Shown here: piece after piece, positions 38,981 to 52,600 of the stretch
Layout: each line of letters begins with the position of its first letter
How positions within the stretch are numbered: position 1 is the stretch's first letter
Source of the DNA: Chiloscyllium plagiosum
Lineage: Eukaryota
Assembly: GCF_004010195.1 (NCBI RefSeq)
Contig: NC_057750.1
Span: 4,754,745-4,818,744 of the forward strand
DNA: 64,000 nucleotides
Reading direction: 5' to 3'
The notes under the pieces: model-generated
The model's input: only the letters and a program-made list of their open reading frames with translations
The model's database searches: none
What the model was told of the DNA's origin: nothing
Made by a program: the position numbers and the translations under genes

Positions 38981-40616
38981 CCATTTCCTATTAGCAGATA
39001 GGAAATTGCCATGAGCCCTTGACCATTCAATATGATCATGCACCTGCATCGTCACTTACTTCTCCTCATTCATGAGGTATGGATGTCACTGACTGGGCTG
39101 ACATTTTCTGCCCATCTCTTTGATTTGCCCTCAAGAAGGAGTTTGCATGCTTTCCCACCCTACTGCCACCTTACTTGATTCCTTTGGTCTAAATTAAGAA
39201 ATGCAGTAAAGGTCAGCTTTGCCACTCAGAATCTCTCCTGGTTGCCAGCAAAATTTGCAGTGAAATGACTGGCCAACGCGATTCTATCTCAGTGGAGTCA
39301 TTTCTTGTGAAAGCCATCACATTGTGGAGAAATCATGTGCTCACCAACATTCATTCGAAATAGGAGCAGGAGCCACTGGGAGGACCTGCACGCTGCCAGG
39401 AACAATTACAGGGAATGTAGAGCAAGGGTAAGACATTTGGCCCATCCAGCCTCCACCACCACCAGCAAATAAGATCAAAGCCAATCTGATTGGATCCTCA
39501 ACTCCACATTTCTGCTTACTCCCCCGTAACACCTGACTCAATAGAGAAAGTTGAGTGAGCAAATTCGTGGAAGATGAGGAAAATGTGGATAAGTGTGAGG
39601 TTATCCACTTTAGCAGCAAAAACAGGAGGTGCAACGACACCTGGGTGTCCTCACACACCAGTTGCTGAAAATAAGTATGCAGGTGCAACAGAAAGTGAAG
39701 AAAGCAACTGGTACATTGGCCTTCAGGTTCCATGTACAGGAGCCTTGTCAAGCTCCATTAAGATTTTATACATTTCTATAAGATCATCTATCACTTTTCT
39801 AAACTCTAAGAGGTTAGGCCCCAAGCTTTCCTTCATCCCAGAACCTTTCCTGGAACAATTTCCAGTGAAAATGTCTCCAAGTGGGGTGACAAATGTTGGA
39901 CACAATACTCTAGGGTGTGAACGTGCCAGTGCCCTGTGGGATGAGAGATAGCTTCCTTACAGATTAACTGCTCAGTCAAATCATTGCAGTTTATGGGATC
40001 TTACTGTGTCCATATAATCTGCCTGCAAAAGGCCAAATGATTGTTCTGCCAAATGATGAGTGATGTGTGTCCCTCAATGAAAAGCTAGGTCAACACTTCA
40101 TACCAGAAATAATTCATGTTTCTTGCTTAGCTTTATTGCACACAATGAGATCACCAGTAACTGACAATTATTTTTTTTAAGTGAATAAATTGCTGGAAGG
40201 GTGAGCTAAAGCTCTTGGTGGAGAACACGGGGGTAGCTTTTGTGTGAGAGATCAGCTAACCAAACGTGCTGCGTTGTCAGTTTGTTCATCCGGTAGAAGT
40301 TCAGTCAATCCAACTGACAGTTTTGGCAGAGCTGGTAACACACTGAATCATAAAGATCTGGGTCTGAGTCCCACTCAAGGGCTGAGGCTTATGTACATTC
40401 CAATACAAGACTGAAGGAGGCATTAGGCCGAGATCCAACTTGCTTGATCAATGAATGCATCATTTTTGAAAAGCTGCCCGTGTTAAAAGACTCCTGAGCT
40501 GGTTCTTGGCATGAGCAAATGTCAGCCTTGCTCTGAAGGACAGGTATGCTATTTTGAAGAACATACCTCAGGCATGTTACCAGACAGGTAGAAGAACATA
40601 CCTATGCCTCAGGTGA

Positions 40617-41190
40617 TAGCAGAGGGATTGAATTCAAGAGTCGTGAAGTGATGTTACAACTGTACAGAACTTTGGTTAGGCCACATTTGGAGTACTGTGT
40701 GCAGTTCTGGTCGCCTCACTTTAGGAAAGATGTGGAAGCTTTGGAGAGGGTGCAGAGAAGATTTACCAGGATGTTGCCTGGAATGGAGAATAGGTCGTAC
40801 GAGGATAGGTTGAGAGTGCTAGGCCTTTTCTCGTTGGAACGGTGAAGGATGAGGGGTGACTTGATAGAGGTTTATAAGATGATCAGAGGAATAGATAGAG
40901 TAGACAGTCAGAAACTTTTTCCCCGGGTACAACAGAGTGTTACAAGAGGACATAAATTTAAGGTGAAGGGTGGAATGTATAGGGGAGATGTCAGGGGTGG
41001 GTTCTTTACCCAGAGAGTGGTGGGTGCATGGAATGCGTTGCCTGTGGGAGTGGTAGAGTCAGAATCTTTAGTGACCTTTAAGCGGCAATTGGATAGGTAC
41101 ATGGATGGGTGCTTAAGCTCGGACAAATGTTCGGCACAACATCGTGGGCCGAAGGGCCTGTTCTGTGCTGTATTGTTCTATGTTCTATGA
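40617..41190 (+). mobile_element. CR1 LINE 3' fragment
   Basis: ORFs 40648-40845 and 40849-41190, separated by one stop, encode a CR1 ORF2 C-terminus; (ttctatg)n tail. Confidence 0.93.
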
Positions 41191-41577
41191 ATGAGGAGCC
41201 AGCAGAAGCATGATGGGGTGAACAGCCTCTGTCTGTGTTGTGTGATTCAATGATTCTCTTGTATGTCTGACTGATGGAGCTAAACACATAATGACCCACT
41301 TAGATGAACAGTTAATCAGGGTTAATCAGGATTTAGAATTGTTTAATAAAGGATCTATTGACTGTTAGAATTTAGATTATTACATCTCCAGTGGCATTGC
41401 TCATGTGTGGTTTAAGTTCCAGAATGTTATTGGGATAATTAGCTTCAAACTTAACATTGCTCTAAGTTGGACAAATTCATGCCTCTCATAGTTATTTGTC
41501 AGCTGTGTAGTGCTCTGACCTTTGGATCAGAAGGTTAGAGGTTCAAGTCCCACACCAGAGACTTAAACTCAACAATT

Positions 41578-42207
41578 TCAAAGTGGAGTCTTAGGTAGAT
41601 AGGATAGTGAAGAAGGCATTTAGTATGCTTTCCTTTATTGGTCAAAGCATTGAGTATAGGAGCTGGGAGGTCATGTTGCGGCTGTATAGGACTTTGGTTA
41701 GGCCATTTTTGGAATATTGTGTGCAGTACTGGTCTCCCTCCTATCAGAAGGATATTGTGAAACTTGAAGGGTTCAATAAAGAATGTTGCCAGGGTTGGAG
41801 GGTTCGAGGGGGCTGTTTTCCCTGGAGCGTCAGAGGCTGAGGGGTGACCTTATAGAGGTTTATAAAATCATGAGGGGCATGGATAGGATAAATAAGCAAG
41901 GTGGGAGGTTCTAGAATTAAATGGCATAGGTTTAGGGTGAGAGGGGAAAGATTTAAAAGGAACCTAAGGGGCAGCATTTTCATGCAAAGGATGGTGTGTG
42001 TGCGGAATGAGCTGCCAGAGAGGATGGTGGAGGCTGGTACAATTACAGCATTTAAAAGGCATCTGGATGGGAACATGAATAGGAAGGGTGTAGAGGGGTG
42101 TGGGCCAAGTGCTGGCAAATGGGACTAGATTAGGTTAGGATATCTGGTCAGCATGGACGAGTTGGACTGAAGGGTCTGTTTTCATGCTGTACATCTCTAT
42201 GACTCTA
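41578..42207 (+). mobile_element. CR1 (HER1-like) 3' fragment
   Basis: LYRTLVRPFLEYCVQYWSP motif and conserved tail. Confidence 0.9.
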
Positions 42208-44057
42208 AACTAGGCTGATGTACCCCCATGTCATGCTGGGGGAGACAAGGTTCGAGAGAAAATGTCAATGAATTAATAATCCAGAGGCTGAGACTAATTC
42301 TCTGGGGGATGTGGGTTCAATTCCCACTGGATCAGCTGGTAGACCTTACGTTCAGTTAATAAATCAGAAATTGAAAACTCGAATCAGCAATGGTGACCAT
42401 GACGCTATTATCAATTAATGTAAAAGCTCACATGGATCATTAACAGCCTTTGGGGAAAGAGACCTGCCCTTAATTAAAAACAGAGACTCAGCAGGTCCGG
42501 CAACATCTGTGGAGAGAGAAGTACAGTTAATGCTTTGAGTCCGAGATAATTTGTTTTAATTCATTCATGGGACGAGGGATGAGGGCATCTCTGGCTGGGC
42601 CAGCATTTATTGCCCATCCCTAGTTGTCCTTGAGAAGGTGGTGGTGAGCTGCCTTCTTCAGAACACTGCTGTCTTTGTCCAGTAGGAGCCTACATGTGTC
42701 CAGACCCACAGCAATGTTGTTGACTCTTCACAGTCATCTGAAGTGGCCAGGCAAACCACTTCGTTCAAGGACAATTGGGGACAGGCAACAACTTCTGGCC
42801 TCACCAGTGACACTCACATCCCATGGGAGAATATAAAAAGCTAAATGATGCACAGCAAGTTCCCAAAGAAAGTCAAATAATAAAGACCTGATAATCTGTT
42901 TCAAAGAATACCTAAATGTTGGGCCAGAACACTAGGGGAAATCCCTACTTTGAGAATGTTTCATTTCTGTGTTTCAGATCCTATCACATTTCCGATACAG
43001 CAATAGTGATCAGACTTCGAGGAAATAATTGATTTGATTATAAAATGCTTTAGGGTGTCCAGAGGTGCCATATTTTACCATCTTTTGCTGTGAATGTTTC
43101 TATGGAAACTCATCTCAGTTCCTTTATAAAAGAGCTTTGGTTCCTGGCCAGAGGCTTTGCCAAATCAAAAGATTGTGCCAATTTCTGTAGTGAATGAAAG
43201 CTCTGTTTAATTGTTACTATAATTAGTGGAATATTCAAATATGAAGTAATTACCTGACACAGTTCAGGGTTTGATGCTGTTTCTCAGTTGTAAAGCTGTA
43301 CAAGAGGGAGAAGTTCATTCACAAAGGAGCACTTGACACTTGTCATCAATTCCCTCCTCTCACTTTGGTCTTGGCTACTTTGTCCAGGATGACACTCCCA
43401 GTGCAATCCTGAGGGAATCCTGTCCTGTTGAAATACTGTTCTTTGGATGATGTACTAAACCAAGTCTTTGTTTTTATACAAAAAGACGTGACAAAAAACT
43501 GTGGATGCTGTAAATAAGAAACAAAAACAGGAATTGCTGTAAACGCTCAGCAAGTCAGGCAGCCTCTGTGGAGAGAAATCAGAGGCATTTAACATTTTGG
43601 GTCCAGTGAACCTTCCTCAGGCCCCTTCCTGTTTTTACACATTGGTTTCCCAGGGTTACTACCTACAGATATTGGTGTCAAGGACAGATGACACAAACTA
43701 GAATGGTATCCCTGGGATTTGTAAGAATAAGGAACTGATTTAACTAATTTTTATTTCGGGGAACTGATACAATACAGAAATAATTTCCATCGGTTGGCTA
43801 TGGGGGTGTGGAGTCCAGGACTAACAACAGTCTAATAATTAAAGCCAGACATTTCAGGAGTTTAAGTAGGAAACAATTACACACATACGGTGGGAGAGAT
43901 TTGGAGCTGTGAACCACAAATGACAATTGACACTCAATCAATTGTTAAACTTAACAATGGGGTTGTTTGATTTTGTTATTTTGAATGTATTAAGGGATGT
44001 AGGGCCAAGATGCATATATGGAATTAGTACAAAAATTTACTATGATCCCATTGACTG

Positions 44058-44350
44058 ACAATGGTTAGCACTGCTGCCTCACAGCGCCAGAGACCCGGGT
44101 TCAATTCCTGCCTCAGGCAACTGACTGTTTGGAGTTTGCACATTCTCCCCGTATCTACGTGGGTTTCTTCCGGGTGCTCCGGTTTCCTCCCACAGTCCAA
44201 AGATGTGCAGGTCAGGTGAATTTGCCATGCTAAATTGCCCATAGTGTTAGGTAAGGGGTAAATGTAGAGGTTGCGCTTCGGTGGTGTGGTGTGGACCTGT
44301 TGGGCCGAAGGGCCTGTTTCCACACTGTAAGTAATCTAATCTAATCTAAA
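44058..44350 (+). mobile_element. HE1-type V-SINE
   Basis: Same consensus, (taatc)n tail. Confidence 0.9.
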
Positions 44351-45039
44351 ACAGGCTCAAGAGGCTGAATGGCCTCTGTTCCTAGTTTGCTTAGATAATG
44401 TTGGTGCCACAGTCTAGCTTTTTTTTAAAGTGCGAAGGAATCTTTTACATCCAAGCAGATGGAGACTTGCTTTATCATTTCACTTGAAAGACAGCACTTC
44501 AGAAAAAGTGGCACTCCCTGCCAGTCTTCCTTTTAATCTGTTTCTATCGAACTCTTCTGGACTAGGATTCCCCAAAGTTAGGGGAGTGGATGGGTGCCAG
44601 CTGAAACTTTGGGGTTACAAACTGTAGGGCAGCAATGATACTTGGAACGAGTTCTTGACAGGACCCAAATTTCTGATTCCCTTCCGCCATCCACCTCAAA
44701 ACGGGGTCACGGTGAGTAAAGGATTGGAAAGCCATGCTCTAGACTTAGATGCTTGTACCAATGATAAACAACATTTCCATAGAGAAAGTTGCATAGAATA
44801 AAGGGCTGATTGCACAAGGAGAGGTTCAACAGGTTGCTCCTATATTCACTGGAGTTCAGAAAAGTAAAATGGCATCTTATCGAAATATGAGGGCAATGCA
44901 TAAGATAGGTTTGGGGACAATGTTTCTTCTTGTGGAAGAAACTAACATAGAGGTCTCCATTTTATGACAAGATTAGAAATTACTTCTGAACAGTCATGAG
45001 TAAGAGGAATTGTCTACCTCTGATGGTGGTGGAGGCAAT

Positions 45040-45400
45040 GTCATCGAGCTGTACGGCATGGAAACAGATTCTTTGGTCCAACTCGTCCATGCCGACCAGA
45101 TATCCTAACCTAATCTAGTCCCATTTGCCAGCATTTGGCCCATATCCCTCTAAACTCCTTCTATTCGTATACCCATCCAGATGCCTTTTAAATGTTGTAA
45201 TTGTACCAGACTCCAACACTTCTTCTGGCAGCTCATTCCACACACGCACCATCCTCTGCATGAAAAAAGTTGCCCCTTAGGTCTCTTTTAAATCTTTCCC
45301 CTCTGACCTTAAACCCTCTAGTTTTGGATACCTCTACCCTGGAGGAAAGACCTTGGCTATTCACCCTAACCATGGTCCTCATAACTTTATAAACCTCTAA
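45040..45400 (-). mobile_element. CR1 (HER1-like) 3' end nested among older CR1 fragments (44780-46010)
   Basis: Reverse complement of the same CR1 tail seen at 14120 and 41900. Confidence 0.85.
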
Positions 45401-47289
45401 ACTAATTCATGGATGAGTTGGATTTTTGATGGACAAGGAAATAAATTTAACATTAATTTTAATTCAAAGAGAATGGAGAATAAAAATGTGGAGGTTTTGC
45501 TAAAACTCCATCTAAGGAAACATAGACTGACATTGGAGGCTGATTCCAGATATGGCGGGCATGTCTTACGAGGAGAGGTTGAGTAGATTGGACTTGTATT
45601 AATTGGAATTTAGAATAATGAGAAAACGTTATTGAAGCAACAAGATTTTTACGAGACTTGACATTGTAGATGCAGAAAAGTTGTTTCCTATTGTGGCAGG
45701 GTCTAGGATGTGTAATCTTAGGCAGGGTGTGTAATCTTAGAGTAAGGCATTACACTTTTAAGACAGAGATGAGGAGGAATTTCTCAGAGGATAATGGATC
45801 CGTGGAATTCTTTACCACAGAAGGCTGTCAGGGCTAGGTCATGAAGTATATTCAAGGCTGTGACAGACAGATTTTTAATCAGTGATTTATCACTGGGTTG
45901 TGAGGAGAAGTAAGGAAATGGAATTGAGGATTATCAGATCAGTCATGATTTAATTGAATGCAGAGTGGGGTCAATGGGCCGAATAGCCTATGTCTGCTCC
46001 TATGTTTTATTGTTTTATTAAGGGGTATGACTGGGGCTGGAGGTCAGGAGAGTGGAGCTTACTTTTTATTCATTCATGGGACATGGGCCTTCATGACTGG
46101 GCCTGTATTTGTTGCTCCTCACTTAAATGTCTTGGCATTGAACTGAGTGGTTTGCTCAGGCCATTTCAGAAAGCAGAGTTCTGGAGAAGGATCACTGAAC
46201 CCAAAACATTAACTCTGCTTTCTCTCCACAGATGCTGCCAGACCTGCTGAGTTGTTTCCAGCAATTTCTGTTTTGGTTAGACATCACTATGGATCTGGAG
46301 TCACATGAGGGCCAGACCCATGGATGACAGATTTCCTTCCTTAAAGGATACTAGCAAACTAGATAGGATTTTTGCAGCAGTCAAGAGTGGTTACATGGTC
46401 ACTATTACATTAGCTTTTTATTTCAGAATATTTCATCCTACCCCATTGGGATTCAAACCCACATCCCTTTCTGAAGTGCTGGATTTCCTTTTCAGTAACA
46501 TTACCATTACTCCATTTGAGATCAAGTTTGTGATTTAATTGAATGGTGGAGCAGGGTTAAGGGGCTGAATGGCCTTCTCCTGCTCCAATTTCCTATTCTG
46601 CTGGCCTGATGTCACACCACTGAAAACTCAGACCCAAATAGTCATGGCAACATGAAAATGGAAGTGGAACGTGATAACAGCTCCCATTATCTTACAGAAC
46701 CTTAATAGTTTTCCATCAATCTATTTTAAAACGCAAGAGACACACTTAGATAAAGGTTAGAATGCGTCCAATGTGAGCAGAGAGGCTTTATGGAGCATGG
46801 AGAGAGGATTAAGCAGTTCGATAGATTATTAATGACAGTGGGGTATTACATTAGAGTGGAACTGGCAGGGTGCAGTCCTGTTTTTAGCCCTGCTTAAAGA
46901 GGATTACAGGAGTTGTATGTCAGCAGCGATGTTATTGTAAATCTGCTCACCTCAGGCAGGGCACTGCAAATGGATGGTGAAGGACACTGGGCAATTTGGA
47001 GGTGGCGGCCGACCTTTAAGCTGAGCAGACATCGACGTCTTCAGAATGCACTTTAGAATTGTCTCAATGGTTTTCCCATCTCTCCTGGAGTCACTGCACT
47101 TTGAATGGGATCCAGTTCTGTGAATGACAGCCAATGTAAATGTTGAAGGCAGAATGGAGGAGGGGCAGGACAGATCTCTGGTCCTCTTCCCTTTACCTGG
47201 CATTGCGATGTAGACCATAATCGCAGGAGAGTGAAAAATCTAACATTTCTGTTGCTGTGATCCACTAAGATCCTGAGAGGAACTCTTTT

Positions 47290-47612
47290 TAACTCGTTTG
47301 CAGGATGAGGGCTTCACTCGATAGGCTAGCATTTATAGCAATTAAGGATCAACCACATCTCTATGGGTCTGGAGTCACATATAGGCCAGACTCGGTAAGG
47401 ATGGCAGTTTCCTTCTTTAACAGACGTTAGTGAACCAGATGGGTTTTTCCAACAATGACAATGGATTCATCGTCATCATTAGACACTTAATTCCAGATAT
47501 TTATTGAATTCATATTCCCCATCTGCCATGGCAGGAGTTGAACCCAGGTCCCCAGAACATTACATGGGTCACTGAATTAACAGTCCAGCAATAATACCAC
47601 TAGACCATTGCC
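47290..47612 (-). mobile_element. tRNA-derived SINE with CR1/L2-like tail, third family
   Basis: Homologous copies at about 22110-22460 (-), 33155-33430 (+), 42270-42470 (+) and 46060-46510 (-). Confidence 0.65.
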
Positions 47613-49614
47613 TGCCCTTTACAGGGTGGATGCTGAAGAGATGTTTCTTCTTGTGGGAGAGACTGGAACTGGGGGACTGACAATTCAAAAATAAGAGGCC
47701 TCCTATTCAAGACGGTGAAGTGGCACTTTAGTTTTCTCTCAGAGGGTTATGACTCTTTGGAACTCTGTCTCCAGGGAGTGGTGGAGGTGAATATCATTAC
47801 GGCAGTGGTAAGTACATTGTTGGCTAAGAAGGGAGTCAGTGGTTATTTGGGAGAGTAAACGGGAATGTGGAGTTGAAGCCACAATTAGATAAATCATGAT
47901 CCTATCGAAAAGGTGTGCAGGCTCAAGGGGCCAAGAAACCAATTCCTGCCCCTAAGACTATGTTTATATTTTCCAAAGAAACGTACACCCAATGAAACAA
48001 TTTGGTGAAGTGTAATCACTGTTGTACGAAATTCAGCAACCAGTCTGCAGTCAGCAAAATCCCACATTAAGCAAGGTGATAATTCATTTCTCTCGTATCA
48101 GTTGAGTGAGAGAGAGAAGACGGGGCCTCCAATTGGTGTCTCAACTGAGAAAATGGCACATCCAATCAGGGTCATGGAAAGGAAGATACATCAGGTCCCT
48201 AGGGGACCCATTGTGTTTCATGAGGAGCGGGGCCAGCTATACTTGTATCAGGCTGGGAGCCACAAAATTTTGGTCTCTGCCCGAACCTTCCACACTGCAG
48301 CGGTAGAGTTAGCCTGGAATTTTATGTTCCTGTCCTGGAGTGAGACTTGAATTCACAATGGTCTGAATCAGAGGGGAGATTGGGTCAGAGTCTGTCACAC
48401 ATTATCAGAGTCCCAGGGCAATCCTGGCCAAGGTATTACCAGGGACACCGGGATTCAACTCAGTGTCCTGCAGCTAGAGTTTCTGTTCCTAATCCTCAAC
48501 TATAACGTATCTGCTACCTTGACCCTTTCTCTTAATCACTTAGTCTGTCTAATTTTCTGTCATCATTTAAGAAGCATTCCCAAAATCTATCTCTTTTACT
48601 TCTTTTTCATTCCTCTCTGAATCTTTGGTTCCTCATTTTTCTGTGAAGCAACTCATGTTGGCAGCATGGGTGTCAGCTAGGACAGTCCCCATTGTCAAAG
48701 AGTCCCGTTGAGTGATCCCTGACTTCACTGCTGCACAATGAACAGTCGGCTGACAAACGGTTTTTGAAATGTTTTTGTGGGATTAACGTGTCACTGGATG
48801 GCTACCATTTATTGATCATCCCTAACTGTCCCTTGAGAAAGTGGAGGTGAGCCACCTTCTTGAACTGCACTGCTATTGAGGAGGGAATTCCAGGATTTTT
48901 ACCCAGCAACACTGGAGAAATGATGATATATTTCCAAGTTGGGATGGTGAGTGGTTTGGAGGGGAACTGTCAAGGGGTAGTGTTCCCATGTATCTGCTAC
49001 CCTTGTCCTTCTAGATGGTAGAGTTTGCAGGTTTTTTAGGTGCTGTGTAAGGACCCTTGGTGAATTTCTGCAGTCCATCTTGTAGATGGTACACACTGCT
49101 GCTACTGAGCATCAGTGATGGACAGAGTGGATGTGGTGCCAATCAAAGGGGCTGCTTTGGCCTGGATGGCGTCAAGCTTCTTGATTGTTGTTGGAGCTGA
49201 ACCCATCCAACCAAGTGAGGAGTATTCCATCTCTCTCCTGAATTGTAGCTATGCTTGGCAGGCTTTGGAAGATAGAATGTCATTTACTCACTATGAAATC
49301 CTAGCCTTTAACCTGCTCTTGAAGCCACGATATAATTCCATTTGAGTTTCTGGTCAGTGGCAACCCCAGGGTGTTGATGATGAAGGACTCTGTGATAGTA
49401 ATGCCTCTGAATGTCAAGACAGATGGTTAGATTCTCTTGTTGGAGATGGCCATTATCTGGCAGCAGTAGAATTTCAAACCTGAGGGAGTCAGTACATTAA
49501 GGTAAGGAAGGAAGAAAATTAAAGCGGATGTGTTATTTTAATTTAGATCCTAAATGTTGATGGTGATCTGTTTTAGTCAGCATTTGTTATTACAATTATT
49601 TATACAGTCTGTAG

Positions 49615-52600
49615 TGGTATGGATCAGACTAAACCTCCTCAAACTATATTAAGAAAATATATTTTTGCCCTAACTTTTTCTCACTTTAAAGATAAGTGTA
49701 TGGTATTGTGTTCTAGAAGCAATTTGGTTGCTCAAACTACTCGATTTTAAGCAAAACACTTTAGTTTTACATGACAAAAGACAGACAAAATAAAAATAAA
49801 AGAATTGGCTTTACTCTATCTCTATCGAAATGCCTAACAAAATTTGATATATACATACACACAAACTACTACTAATTGTTCTAATAAAGTAACATCCCAT
49901 AAACACACCCGTGTCAAAGGCAAATTCAGTGAAATAGATTGTCTCACTTATAAACCTAGCAGCAGAAGAGAATCCCAGCCTTTAGCTGTAACAATAAGAG
50001 GAATAAGAGCTTCCACATCCAGCTTTAAGATCCCTACTATTGAAAGCTAAAACAAAAAGTCCTGGTGCTGTGTGAGCTTGATCCCAACCAGTCAGGCTGC
50101 TTCTATTGTTCCAACTTAAAAAGAAGTCAAGGCCTCACAAGCTTGTTTGTTGACTATGAGCAGACTGCTCGACACCTCTGTCTCAACCTCTCCATTAAAA
50201 AACCGGGACAAAATACACCTCTTAAAGCATTGTTATTCTCACACCTCCTCCCCTTTAAAAAATGAATCATCAGTATACAAAGATGGCTTCATTTTTTAAA
50301 ACCTTTAGTCCTTTGCTATTAGAACACTACAATACACATATACATTATAATAACTGTAAGCATGAAAACATTCACTATTACATTCTATATCAATCCGTAC
50401 ATTCTCACCAATTCCTTTGGTTTCATTCATCAAAGCCACCACAACGTGTTGGCAAATATGTTCTCTTTTCGTGCTATTTGTATAATTTTCAAATTGAATG
50501 ACTTCAATAATAAGCTCCATCTAAACAGACTGAAATTTTTATCTTTAAATTTTTCAAAAAACTTTTAAGGGGTTACAATCAGTTTATACGATCGTCTCAG
50601 ACACATTACTGGCAGTATAAATATTGATATGTTGAAACACCAACATCAAGCTCAAGGTCACCTTCTCAATTGTGGAATATTTCTGCTGATGATTGTTAAA
50701 TTTTCTGGAAAAATACCCAATAAGTTTTCCTTTCTTTTCATCGTTTTCTTGCAAGAGTACAACACCGACACACTACTCGCATAAATAGTCACCTTGAATG
50801 GTTTTGCATAATTAGATGTGGTTAACACTGGAGCAGTAGTTAGCACAGCTTTCAAGCTGTCAAATGATTCTGACATGCTTTGTCCACTGAAATTTTCTGC
50901 ACTTTTTCAACAAGTCAGTCAATAGAGCAACCACACTGCTAAAATTTGGTACAAACTTTGTGATGAAAAGCACTCAGTCCCACAACTGTAGTCCTCCCCT
51001 CTTTGTTGATGGTATGGGAAACTCCCCAATAACCTTTGTTTTCGCATCCCATGGGGTCATTTGTCTATGTCCAATGAAGTAGCCCAGGAACGTAATTTGA
51101 GCTTTCGCAAATTCACTCAAGGCCAGGTTTGTCACTAAGCCTTTCTCCTAAAGTCAATCAGAGAATTCTGATGGATGCTGCAAATGTTCCTTCCATGTGT
51201 GACCAAAAATCGCCAGATCATCGATGTACACAACACAATTGGGTAATCCCAAAATGACTGTATTGGTTAGCCTTTGAAATGTGGCTAGTGCATTTTTCTG
51301 ACCAAAAACTTTAAAAATGGTACAGTGCATTCAGTGTCACGAAAGCTAAAATTGTCTTCATTTTTTTCAGATAAAGCTACCTGCCAGTATCCTCTGAGTA
51401 AGTTCAACTTAGGAATATAAATTGCTTGCCCCACCTTCTCAACACAGTCTTCCAAATGTGAAATAGGATATGAATCAGATTTTGTAACTACATTGATTTT
51501 GTGACAGTTCACACATGACAGCGTTGCTGTGGGTGACCTCAGTTCACTGCAATTCTCCTTGGTTATGTTGTCTTTGTGCATGTGTTCAATCTTCTTCTCA
51601 ACCTGTGCCAACTTGAGTGTTAAGTCTTTAAGGATGTTATTTAAATGGAACAGCACCTCCTGCATAATCAGATTAGTACTTCCCAACTTACCCCCACAAT
51701 TATCCCAATGTGATTGTAATCACTCTTTCGGGTTATTCAATTTTCCTCTGAAAGGTAACTCAATAATTTATCCCAATTTTTGAGAACTTCCTCATTGTCT
51801 AATTTAATTTGAGGAATGTCCAATTCAGAATCATCTGAACTTGATTCTTTACTTTGTGTTATAATCAGTAACACATTCTCCTTTTGCTTTCCTTCGCTAT
51901 CAAAATGCCTTTTGAACATATTCAGCTGATACACTCTGTGAGACTACTTTCTATGTGATGTTCTTATCAAATAATTCATGTCACTGAATTTCCTTTTGAT
52001 TTGATAAGGCCCACTAAACCTTGCCTTTAGAGGTTCACTTACCACTGGTAGTAATACTAAGACTTTATTACCATTAGCAAAATTGTGAATTTTAAAAAAT
52101 TGTCTGCTTTCAGTTTCATCACATGCTGTGCTACTTTTAAATGCTGTCTAGCCAATTCACCTGCTCTATTTTATCTCTCCTTAAAACTGACAAATATAGT
52201 TCAAATATGTGGTCTCTGAACTCTGACTCATTAATTTCTCCTTAACTAATTTCAGTGGTCCTCTCACCTCATGCTGAAAACGTAATGAACTGAATTCGGT
52301 GGATTCATTTGGTGCATCCCTAGTTGCAAAACAAACAAATGGAATTCCTTCATCCCTCTTCTCTGAATAGTCTTGACTATAAGCCCTCAACAAGATCTTA
52401 AAAGATTGATGTCACTGTTTGAATACTTTCCCTGCAATTCTGGATATTAGGCATTGGATTTGAATTGTTTTATTCCTAAGCTATCCATAACTTTTTTGAG
52501 TAATATTGATGTAAAATTTGACCCTTGATTTGATTGTATTTCTGTGGACAGTCTGTATCTGGTCAATACTGTTAGAACTCTTCTATAATACTTTTGGCCA

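Noticed and set aside
40050..40165. Possible C/D box snoRNA (ATGATGA ... CTGA)
   Set aside because: No terminal stem or recognisable rRNA guide, and no host gene.
46952..47265. Minus-strand ORFs ending near a strong donor-like GAG|GTGAGC
   Set aside because: A stop codon precedes the donor and there is no homology; at most a non-coding exon.
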